NCBI GenBank assembly: GCA_038209745.1
Contig: JBBQXJ010000043.1
Location: forward strand, 1 to 37,035
Origin: Verrucomicrobiota bacterium
GTDB lineage: Bacteria; Verrucomicrobiota; Verrucomicrobiia; Limisphaerales; CANJSG01
Direction: 5' to 3'
Length of the DNA: 37,035 nucleotides
In this document: piece after piece, positions 12,301 to 24,300 of the stretch
Layout of the letters: the number at the start of each line of letters is the position of its first letter
How positions within the stretch are numbered: the stretch's first letter is position 1
The notes under the pieces: model-generated
What the model was told of the DNA's origin: nothing
What the model saw: only the letters and a program-made list of their open reading frames with translations
Database searches by the model: none
Made by a program: the position numbers and the translations under genes

Positions 12301-15300
12301 GCGTCGTCGACCGTGCGCGAGCTGCGCGTCGTGGAGCGGATCGACCCTTCGCTCGACGTCCGCAGCTTCCAGCTCGCCGCCCTCCGGCTGGGCGATCTCA
12401 CGGTCGACATTCCCGCCGGTCGTGGTGCCTTCTCCGGCGAGTTCAACTACGTGGCCGACCGGGGCTACATCCTGCAGGTCGTGGCCGGGGTCGACGTCGT
12501 CGAACGTGTCGCCACCTGGACGGTCCGCGCCATCGACGCGGACACGGGATTGGCCACGGATCTCCCGAACGTCGGCCTGTTGAAGCCCGGACAGACCGCC
12601 GAGTTCGGCTACACCATCAAGGCCCTTCCCGAAGCCGTGACCGGAACGGTCGTCACGGCCCAGGCGCGGGTTTTCGCCGACCAGCTCGACGCCGTGGACA
12701 CCAACCGCATCTCCGCGATCCTCGACACGGCCGCGCCGACGACCACCGTCAGCAGCGGCGGTGCCGGGAACACGTGGCTGGTTGAATGGTCGGCCGTCGA
12801 CGATCCGGGAGGCAGCGGCGTTCGCGACTACACAGTTTTCGTTTCCGTCGATGGCCGCATCTATTCGGCGCTGCAGATCCGGACGACCAATACGCGCTTC
12901 ACCTACAACGCGCCCGATGGGGTCGTGCCCTCGTTCCTCGTCTTGGCGAAGGACAATGCCGGCAATGTCGAAGTGGCGCCGGACGGTGTTTCCCTGCCGA
13001 TCTACGGCAGTGGGGTAAATCTCGGATCAGCTTCGCTTGAGCAGCCGTCTTCCGTCGAACCGCTGCCCAGGCTCAATCCCGTGGCCGCATCGCCCCTGAA
13101 CGCCCTGTTCCTACGATCCCTCGCCGGGATTCCCGGCCCTGTTCCCGTCACGCGGTTGCCGGATTTCACAAGGGTGATCGATCCGTTCGCGGCGGCCTCC
13201 TTCGCGAGGGGACTTGGATCGTCGGGAGCCGGCATCGGTGCGCTCGGCGTGGCGGTGGGCCACGATGGGCGGGTGTGGGTTACCGGAGGTGGCGGGCGCA
13301 ACGAGATCTACCTCCTTGGTCCGGGAGGCGGCCCGGTTGGCTCTCCGTTGGCCACGCTCGACACACCGGTCTATGCGCTGGTCTTCGACCGCGACGGACA
13401 GCTGTGGGCGACCAGCGGGGGCGGGCAGTTGCTGCAGTTGGACCCGGAGACCGGCGGCGTCATCGACCGCTACGGCAGCGGCATCACTCTCGGCCTGGCC
13501 GCCGATCCGAGCTCCTCCACCCTTTACGTCGCCTCTGCCAGCGGTGTGCAGAAGTTCGACACGGTTTCCCGCAAGTTTACCCCGTTCTCGGCCACCCGGG
13601 TCGAAGGTCTGGCGGTCGGTCCGGGCGGAACGCTCTACGGCATCCAATGGCCGGACGGCGGCGACCTCATCACCTTCGACCGGCGCGGCCGGGCTTCCGT
13701 GGTGCTGGATCTGGGAGGGCAGGGGATCGGCCTGGCCTTTGGCACCGCTGGTTCGCGCCTCGACGGGCTGCTCTTCGTCAGTCGAACGAACGGTGCCTTG
13801 ACCGTCGTCGACACCGCGTCGCTCTCGACCACCGTGATCGCGTCGGGCGCCGGGCGCGGCGCCTTCGTCACCGCCGGAACGGACGGGCGCATCTACATCG
13901 CGGGAAGGAACGGCGTGGACGTGCTGTTCCCGGCCAGCGCTCCCACCGTCATCGCCAGCGATCCGGCGAACGGCCAGGGCGTCCAGGGCAACGTGAACCG
14001 CATCTCCATCACCTTCGACGCGACGATGTATCGCGGCGGCACCACCGATCCGCGTTCCGTCCTGAATCCGTCGAACTACCGGATCATCGACATGGCGACG
14101 GGTCAGCCGGTGCCGGTCGGTGCCGTGCTCTACGACGAGGCCACGCGCAAGGCCGAACTCGTCTTCGAACCGCTGGCGCCTTCGAGCTATGAGCTGCGGG
14201 TTCTCGCCACGGTGCAGGACGATTTGGGCAACGCGCTGGGAACGCCCTACTCGGCCGGGTTCGCCGTCGTCCAGGACCAGACGGTGGCGCTTGGCGGCAG
14301 TGTGCAATACGCCAATACCCGAATCGACCGGGGCGCCGGAACGATCAGTTTCGACGTGCGTGTGCTGAACTCCACCGCCGAAGCCCTGGGCGGTCCGGTG
14401 CGGATCAGCTTCCTATCCATCGCCGCGCAAGGGCTCACGTTCGTCAACGGCGTCGGAGCGGCGGCGCCTGCCAGCATCGATCTTGTTCCTTCCACGGGAA
14501 TCCTCGCCGTCGGGGCGAACACCGCTTGGGCCACCGTCACGGTCCGGGATCCTGCCGCCGTCGATCTGGATTTCTCGTCCATCAAGGTGGAAACCGGTGT
14601 GAGCCCGGCCCGCCGTCCGCTCTTCCAGACGAGCGCCCCGACGGTGGCCACGGTGGGCGATCCGTTCCGCTACGACGTGGGGGCAATCGATCCGCGCGGG
14701 GGCCCGATCCGTTACGTCCTGATCAACGGGCCGACGGGAGCGAGCCTCGATTCGACCACAGGCCTCTTGACCTGGAATCCCTCCAGCGGCGATTCGGCCG
14801 CGCAGCCGTTCGAAGTTCGCGCCATCGACGGCACCGGAGCCTATGCCCGGCAGACGTTCACCGTCGCCGTTTCCGGCACCAACGCCGCGCCCTTCCTCGC
14901 GGTCGTGGCCGACCAGAAAGTGGCCGAGGGAGGTCTGTTGTCCGTGCGCTTCGCCGCCGTCGACCCGGAGGGGCAACCCGTGACGCTCTGGGTGGACAGT
15001 CTGCCGGCGGGCGCGACGTTCGACGCGGCCACCAACACGCTCCGTTGGCGCCCGCTCGGCGGCCAGGCCGGGCTTTATCCCGGCGTTTCGGTGACCGCCA
15101 CGGACGGCGTCGTCCGGACCACGCGCACGTTCCAGATCACGGTCACGCCCGCGAACCAGCCGCCCGAATTCGCCGTCCCGATCGACCGTTCGGTGAACGA
15201 GGGCTCCACGCTGACCTTCCAGCTCCGCGCGACGGACCCCGAGGGCTCGCCGCTCACCTTCAGCTCCGACGCGCTGCCGACCGGCGCGGTCCTGGTGCCG

Positions 15301-18300
15301 GCGACCGGTGTGTTCACCTGGACGCCCCAATTCTACCAGCACGGCGTCTATCAGGTTCCGGTCAAGGTCGGCGACGGGCAGTCCAGCGTGGCCCGCACCT
15401 TCACCATCACCGTGGCCAACCTGAACGGTCCCGTGCAGTTTGTGGCTTTGGATCCGTTGACCGTCCGGGCCGGTCAGGCGTTCCAGGTGCGGGTGGTGGC
15501 GATCGACTCGAACGTTCCGCCCACGGGCGAAGGCACCTCGCTGACCCAGGCTCCGTCCACCTCCCCCGCCCAGACGCTGGCCTACACGTTCGACGCCCTG
15601 CCCGCCGGCGCTGCCTATGACCCGGTCACCCAATTGCTGACCTGGACTCCGACCCCGGCCCAGGCCGGCGTCACGACGATCCAATTTGCCGCCCGCAACG
15701 ACGGGGACGGAACCGGCACCCCGAACTCGGCGACCCAGACAGTCCGCATCGAAGTGCTGGCGGTGAACATCGCCCCGGTCGTGGCGCCGATCTCGAACCA
15801 GTCCGTCGCCACCGGCGGCAGCCTCGTCATTCCCGTCGCTTCGGTGGATGCGAACGGCAATCCGATCGTGTTGTCCGTCGAGGGCCTTCCGTCCTTCGCC
15901 ACCTTCACCGACTTCGGCAATGGCACCGGCCGCATCGTGGCGGATCCGCAGCCCACCCAGCGTGGCAACTACACGATCACCATCCGCGCGGCGGACAACG
16001 GCAACGGCGTCCCGACCGAAGTCCTGACCGGCGTGATGTCGTTCGTTCTGAGCGTCACCAGCGTCAACGAACCGCCGGTCATGGAGTTCATCGGACCGTC
16101 CGTGGCGGTGGTGGGCGAAGAGCTGGGCTTCCTCGTGCGGGTGGCGGATCTGGACCAGGATCCCTTGATCTTCGGCGCGACCGGGCTCCCGGCCGGCGCG
16201 GTCTTCGAGGCCACTTCCGTGTACGGCATCGCCGAGTTCCGCTGGACGCCGACCGCGGCGGACATCGGCAGCCGTTCCTTCACCCTGCAGGTCCAGGACG
16301 ATGGAAACCACGGGGCCGGAGCGGTCGCCTCGTCGCAACGGACCGTGGCCGTCACCGTCCGCGCTTCCAACACCGCTCCGACTCTCGGCGCCGTCGTTCC
16401 GCAGACCGTCGCGCAGGGCGGTGCGCTGTCGTTCTCGCTCGCGGGGCTCGATCCGGACGGCGACGTGGTCAGCTACCGTGCCACCGGTCTGCCGCGCGGA
16501 GCCTTGCTCGATCCGCAGAGCGGTGTGTTCAGTTGGAAGCCGGACTTCGCCCAGGCCGGCACCTTCGCCTTCACCGTCAGCGTCGGCGACGGGAACCGTT
16601 CGGCCTCCCGCACCGTTTCGGTCACGGTGAACGTGACGCCGCAGCGGCCGCAGATCGTGCCCGGTCCGCAGGTTCTCGGACAGGAAGGGCTGACGCTCGC
16701 CTTCCAGGTCTATGGGAACGATCCGAACGGCGGCACGCTCTCCTGGTCTGCCCAGAACCTGCCGAAGGGGGCCGTCTTCAACCCGGCCAACCAGACTTTC
16801 ACGTGGGCGCCCGGCTACGCGGACCAGGGGCTCTACACGCTGGTCTTCTCCGCGCGCAACGCGGCGGGCCTTGAGGCGTCGACCTCCGCTCTCGTCCAGA
16901 TCCTGAACGTCAACCGTCCGCCGGTGTTCAATGCGCCTCCGGCCCATCAGGTCGTCGCGGGCAACGATCTGAGCGTGCAGCTCGTCGCCGTCGATCCGGA
17001 CGCCGGTTCCACTCTGACCTACACGGCGGTCAACCTCCCTACCGGCGCAACGTTTGATCCTGCGACCGGAACCCTCCACTGGAAGCCGGGCGGCGTGCAG
17101 GCGGGCCGCTACGACATCCCGATTTCCGTCAGCGACGGCAGTCTCGCGGTCACTCAGGTGTTGCCGATCTTCGTGACCGCCCAGGCGCAGGTTCCGGTTG
17201 TCCGGATCGAGGTGACGCCGGGCTTCGCGGTGGTGCCGGGCGCGACGGTCGTGCTGCAGGCGACCGCCGCCGGGCTCGCCCCGATCACCGGGATCTCGGT
17301 CTTCGTGGATGGCGTGGCCAGGATCTTGGACAACCTCGGGCGGGTGACGCTGGTGCCGACCCAGCCCGGTCGGATCATCGTCACCGCGACCGCCACCGAC
17401 GCGGATGGCTACGTCGGCCAGGGTTCTGCGGAGATTCTCGTTCGCGATCCTCTCGACCGCACCGCGCCGGCCGTCACCCTCGAGGTTCCGCCGCTCGATT
17501 CCGTCCTGAGGGGACCGCTCGAAGTGCTGGGCTCGGTCTCCGACGTGAACCTCGAGTTCTGGCGGGTGGAACTCAGCCCGCTCGGCGGCGGCGCGGCCCG
17601 GGTGCTTGGAAACGGAACCACCGTCCCGACCGGAGCCCTTGGCTTGATCGACACCACCCGGCTGGAGAACGGGCCGTATCTCCTTTCGCTGGTAGCCCGC
17701 GACATGGGAGGACGCTCCAGCCGCATTGATCGCGTCGTGGAGATCAACAGCACCGACAAGGGCGCGGCTTTTGTCCGGGTGGAAACCGACGTGACGGCCA
17801 TCCTCGACGGCGTTCTGGTTCCGATCACCCGCCGCTACTCCAGCCTGTTGGCGGACAACGACGGACTCTTCGGGCCCGGCTGGCAGTTCGTCCTGGCCGA
17901 GCCGCGCTTCGCCTCCAACGTTCCCGGCACGGGCCACGAGACGGACGGCATCTACAACGCCTTCACCGCCGGCGCGCGGGTCTACGCGACCCTGCCGGAT
18001 GGAACCCGCACCGCGTTCCAGTTCACGCCGCAAGCCATCGTCGTGGGAGGACTCACCTTCTATCAACCCAAGTGGACCGCTGTGGATGCGGGAGCCGGAT
18101 TCACCCTCTCCAGCGGTGCCGCTCTGCTCGAGCTGCGGGGCGGCGCCTTCTATCAGGTCGGGACCGGATTGCCCTACAATCCGGCTTCGGGCCGCTTCAC
18201 CGGTGCGGACTTTGTTCTGACCGCGACCGGCGGAACCCGCTACTCCTACGACGCGGATTCCGGCTTGAAGGAAGTGACGGCGTCCAACGGCACGACCCTC

Positions 18301-21300
18301 GTCTGGACCGACGGCGGTTTCATCGCGCCGAACGGGGACCGGCTCGTCGTCGAAAAGGCCGCGTCCGGTCACGTGGCCCGGGTGGCCGCGCCCAACGGCG
18401 ATTCGGCCATCTACAGCTACGCCGCGAACGGCGCGCTGCTCCAGGTGACCCGTCTCGAAGCGGGGAAACGCACTTGGCTCGGCTACCGCGCCGATGGTGG
18501 CCGGCTCCTGACGGAAGTCGCCGGCGAGAACGGCGTGTCCGTCCGCTACGACGGCACCGGAGCCGTGGCGGGCGTCGATCCGATCCGGGCGGTGGAGGGC
18601 ACGTCCCGGCAATTCCTGGGCAACTCGGCCTCCGGAAGCTTGGCGTCCGGCGGCGACGATCTCTATGCGATCATCGTCGGTGCCTCCGAACTCGCCAGCG
18701 CTTCCAACGGCCTCGTCACGCTCGCCATCCAGATCACCGGCACGGGCGGTTTCAACCCGGCCGCGGCCGGACTGCGCGGCGCCACCCCGGTGTTCACCAG
18801 CACCGCAGCGGGAACCAGCCTCGCGCTCTACACTCTGCGGACGGCAGGGCCCCTCACCCTTGAAATCACCGGCGCGGACGCGACCACGGCCGGCGGCTAT
18901 TCCGTTCGGATCACCATCGCGGGCGACGTCAACGGCGACGCGGCCGTGGATGCGGCGGACGAGACCCAGTTCAACGCCGCCTTCGGCACGACGACGGGCC
19001 AGGCCGGCTACGTCGCTTCCGCCGACTTCGACGGCAACGGCGTCATCGACTCCGCCGACCGGGCGTATCTCCAGGCCGGGTTCGGGTTCGTGGCCGACCG
19101 TGCGCCCGTCGCCAAGGGAGCGTCCTTTACCACGGCCGGCGGTGTGCCGGTCGCGGTCGATCTCGGCGCGCTGGCCACCGATCCTCAGGGATCGAAGCTC
19201 TTTTTCACCGTTGGCACCGTGACGGGAGGCACCGTTAGACTGCTGGACGGCACCCACACGGCGGTCTTCACACCCACGCCCGGATTCGTGGGTCCGGGCG
19301 GCTTCGATCTCCGGGCGGACAACCTTTCGCTCGGGACCGCCACGGTGCGCGTCGCGGTGGAGATGTTGGCGACCCCGCTGGCGAACCTGCGTTTCTCCGC
19401 CGCGAACGCGCCGAATTTGGATTTGGGATCGTTGAGCCGGCTGGACGTCCTCGCCGATCTGCCCAATGGCGAGACCCTGACGTTGGGTCCCGGGCAGTTC
19501 ACCGTTTCAACCAGCGATCCTTCGGTGGTGCAGGTGGCGCAGGATGGTTCCCTGTTCGCGACGGCGGTCGGGCACGCGACGGTGGTCTTCGACCTCGGAG
19601 GCGGCAAGAAGCTCGCAACCGCCGTCACCGTGGGCGGAGCCGACAATCGCCAAGTGGAGTTCTTCCCGGAGGGATATGCGCTCCAAGCCGGCGGCACTCG
19701 CCAGTTCCTGGTTAAAGAGCGGACCAACGACGCTTATCTGGATCGGAGTTCGGCCGGTGATGGCTCCCTCTACTTCACGAGCGACCCGGCGGTGGCGACG
19801 ATCAATGCGGCTGGACTGTTGACCGCGTTCCGTAACGGCGAGGTGACGGTCACGACGGTCAACGGCGGGCAGTCTCGCCAAGTCCGGGTCGTCATCTCGG
19901 TCGCGCTTCCAAGCGGCGGCCTGATCGGCGCTGCCGGCGGTTTGATTGCCTCAGGGGGTGTCACGGTCGGGGTTCCCGCCGGCGCGTTCGATGGTCCTAC
20001 GCCTGTTGTGGTGACGCCGCTGGCTCCGGCCGCCGCCGGCTTGGCCGCGCCGGATGGCTGGGTGGTTGGCAATGGCGTTCACATCGAGTGGGGCAACGGA
20101 AGTCCCGGAGGGCCCTATAGCCTTGAGATGCCGGCTCCGTCGGGCAGCCATCCCGGCGACGTCGTCTACTTGATGGCTCCGATCACGCTCAAGCCGGGAC
20201 TCGGTCAACCGGACGTCCAAGGGTGGCTCTCTCTCGACACGATGGTGGTCGGCGATGACGGCATGATGCGGACGACGTCCCCGCCCAATCTTGGTCTGGC
20301 GGCCAAGCGCCAGTTCCTCACCAACTACAACCTATACGTCGCGCAGGCATTGGGGATATCCGCGTTCGCGCTCACCGCTGGAACAGCCGGCGGAGCGGTC
20401 GGCATAGGCGTGGCCACCATCCTGACCACGCAGGCGGCGTTGATCCCGCTGCTGGCGATCGCGGAATATAGGCTGGCGATCGGAGCGAATCGGGGACCGA
20501 GCATCTACGCGTTGTCCAACGGGATGGGCGTGATTACCGGCGCATTGGTGGATGCGCCGACGGGCTATAAAGTTACGGTCTCACGGGTTGACCAGGACGG
20601 TCTCCGGACGGTGTTCGCCCAAGACGCGGTCAAGGTGGCTCCGGGAACGTCCGTGACTTTCAGCATCGATGTTCCCGGTGCGGCCATCGTCCAACCGGAT
20701 CGCGCGCCGACCGTCACGGGAGCGACCTTTGATTTCGGCATCAATCCGGATCTTCCACTGCCTCGTCTGGTTCTTGCGGGCACCGATTTCCTGGCGACCC
20801 AGAACAATCCGGCGGCAGGTCCTCTCGGCACCCGGGTTGAGGATCTTTATGTGACGTTCGAGGTGGGCGGCCGCGACACGCTCAATCCGGACGGAACCAT
20901 CAACCAGGTCGGCGGCCGGGATGTCGTCGTGCTCGGCACCAGGCTCTCGATGGAGGGCAACGACCATCTGGTCGTGCCTGTTCCGGCAGGGGCGCAGATC
21001 GCCGGAGCGACAATCACCGTGACGCGTCCGACCATGTTGCCGCGGGACGGGAAGTATCAGCGCCAGGAGTTCACCAGCAATGGGGTCCAGTTGGTTGTCC
21101 AATCGCGCTATGTCTTCACGGCGAACGGCGGAGCGGGCTCGGTGTCCATCTTCGACAGTCTCGCCACGACAACCTTCACACCCGTCCTGAACGGCACGCC
21201 GGGCGACCCGCTCGTGAAGTTTGATCCGCGCGAGGTCGCCCGCGTGGCCCTCTCCGATCCGGTGGATGGGGCACCCAGGAACATCACGGTCACGGCGGAC

Positions 21301-24300
21301 GGAACCCGCGCCTACGTGACTTTCGACGGCACCAACAAGATTGCGGTGCTCGACGCCCTCGTGTTGCACCAGATCGACGTTGACGGCGACCTCGCAGGGA
21401 TCCAATCCATCACGCTACCCGGCGGCGCTCAGGTGTGGGACGTCGCGGTGGAAAAAGGAGGCCGTTACCTTTACGCGAGCGACTCGGCCAAGGGGGTGGT
21501 CTATGTCGTGGACATCGATCCCCATTCGCCGACTTACAACCACTATATCCAAAACCTCTACGTCAATCCGGCACCCTTGGGATTGAGGGGCATCGCGCTC
21601 AACAGCGACGATTCCAGGCTCTACTTGACCGCCCCGGGCCGCACCATCTTCGGGCAATACGGGGCCTCGGACGGACGCGTTCTGGTGATCGACACCAATG
21701 TGGCGACCCGGAAAGCCCCTGTCTTCACGCCGTCTGTTTCGACGATCCTCACCGTTGGGCCGGAACCCTACGACATCACGGGAACGGACGACCCCAATGT
21801 CATGCTCTTGGTGGACCGCATGAGCGACAGCCAGGGAGTCGGCATCTTGCGACGATCGGTCGTGGCGGCGGGCGGTGTGGCGCTCCACGACGTGAATTTC
21901 CTGAGCCTGTTGGGCTTTGGCCAGGTGCCCCGATTCATCGAGGGCCGCGCCACCCAGGTCTTCGGGCTGACGAACGCGTCAGGAATCGCCTATGTTCCGG
22001 CCAATTCGCTTCCCGGTCTCGATGGCAAGCCCTTCACCCATCCCGGCTACGCGTTCATCTCCACGTATAACCGATTCACCCCCGGTGACCCGAAGCGCGA
22101 TCCGGCCTTGGGTCCGATTCTGGCCTACAACTACTACTATTCCAACTCGTCCGGGAGTCCCATCGGGGTGCCCTTGGCGGCCGGCAGCAACGTCGGGGTC
22201 ATCCGCAACCCGTTGGGCAGCTTCTCCGACGTGTCCGCCACACCGCGCATCGTGGCGGCAACGTCGCCCGTTGCCAACGGCTTCGCAGACAGCATCGCTG
22301 TTTCGCCGCTGTCGGGGATCGTGATGGTGCCGATGCAGGGCCAGAACCGGGTCTACGCCTATAGCGCGGCCACGATCGTGAGAACGGTGGAGCTCGAAGC
22401 GAAGGGCGACCCGGTGCGGGACTTCAGCCAGCTCAATCCGGGTGAAGAGATTCCGGCGGCGTTGAGCCGGCTTCTCCGGGGACCGCTTTCTTCGATCCCG
22501 ATCGACATCTACCAGCGGGCGGTGGGTCTCCGGTCAAGTTTCGGCTACTACCAGAACAATCCCGGTGAGCTGCTTCTGGGTGTGCCTCCGACCGGACCCT
22601 ATGGAGAAACGCCGAATGCGTTCACTCCGATTTCCGCACCGCGTTTGCCCCGGGGCATTGCGGCGACACCGATCCTTCGCGGCGATCCTCTGGAATTGCT
22701 GGAGACCCCATACAACCAGGCGCCGACGCTGCTGTCCTTCCCGAGCGATCCATTGTCGGTCCCGGCCGGCACCACCGCGATGGCGGAGGTCCACACGGGT
22801 TCGCTGCGCGAGTTCCACGCGATGCCCACCTACAGCTCCGTGGGCGTGAACCGGGGCGCGACCTTGGTCTATGACTCGCTGCGGGCCGAAGCGCGGCCCA
22901 TCTACTACTTCAACTTCGGTGGATTGCCTTCGGATCCTGCGGCCCGCTTGGTCGTGCGCTTGACACTCCGGCTCGGCGACCAGGTATACACGGCGGACGG
23001 GTTGAGCGCGGAGCAGGCTGCCACTCTGGGGCTCCGCACGGGCGACAATTTCTTCAAGCTGCCCACTGGCGGCGGTCCAACGGATACGTTCGGCGGGGCG
23101 ATCCAGATCGACATGACCGACGTGGAGACGGGTCTTTACTCTCTGTCGCTGGAATATGGGGTCTTCACCGAGCGCGACGGTCGCTGGACTGAAGGCCGGT
23201 TCACCACGTTCACCCAGCCCTATGTCGTGGTGAACGAGAAGAAGAGCCAGTTCGGAGCCGGATGGGGGCTTTCGGGCTACCAGCAGATCTATGCGGGTGA
23301 CGGTGGGGTGGCCTTGGTGGACGGCAACGGACAGGAACAGATCTTCCAGGCGCCGCGCGTGGCGGGTGATCCGTTCACATCGCGTTCGTCGGCCGACTAT
23401 TCGGTCCTGAAGCAACAAGGGGACGGAACCTTCGAGAGACGCATGCTCGACGGCACCATCTACGTGTTCGACGCCAAAGGGCGGATCTCCACCGTCACTG
23501 ACCGCAACAACAACGCTACCCGCTACAACTACGCGGGAGACATGCTGGCCAGCATCGTCGATCCCGTGGGTCTTACGACCGTGTTCGAACCCGGTGGGAG
23601 TCGGACCTCGGCGATCCGCGATCCTGCTGGAAGGACCCTGCGTTTTTCCTACGACGGGTCCGGCAATGTGATTCGGCTGACGGATCCGGACAACTCGGCA
23701 TGCACGTTCTCCTACGAGAACGCGTCGTTCAAATATCTCATGACCGGGGAAGTGCAAAAGCGGGGCGCGTCGAGCGGAGCCTATCCGGACGAGCCCCTGC
23801 CAGCCGACCAGTTCAAGGAGACGTTCTCCTACGACAAGTTCGGCCGGTTGTCGGGCGGGAAGAGAGCGGATGGGAAGTCGTTCATCATCACGCCGGCCCA
23901 GGTGTTCGCCGTGTTCTCGGTGCCAGACACGACCGATCCGTCCAAGGCGCCCACGGTGGTGAAGTTGGCGACAACCCGCGACCCGGAGAAGTTGGCCAAG
24001 TCCGAGGCCGTCTCGTCCTACACCGGTTTCGACGGCGCCAAGATCCAATACGGCCTGTCCGCCTTCGGGCAGCTGATCCGTTCGGAAGACGGCGAGGGGC
24101 GGGTGACAATTTCGGCGCGCGACGCCAATGGGCTGATCAAGACGGAGACCGATGCCGTGGGCAACCTGACCACCTCGCTCTACGACCTCTTCAACAATCT
24201 GAGCATGCGGATCGACGCGGTCGGAACAGCGTCCTGGACCTACGATCCGACCAAGTTCAACCGGTTGGTGTCCCACACCGACGAGACCGGCAGGAAGACG

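Noticed and set aside
14413..19257. 1,614-aa minus-strand ORF (also 1924-4929, 8545-12282, 22534-24429, 33847-35901 and others)
   Set aside because: These are in codon register with the giant sense ORF. Antisense stops need TTA/CTA/TCA sense codons, which are rare at this GC bias. The translations are R/G/V-rich with no motifs, so they are shadow ORFs.
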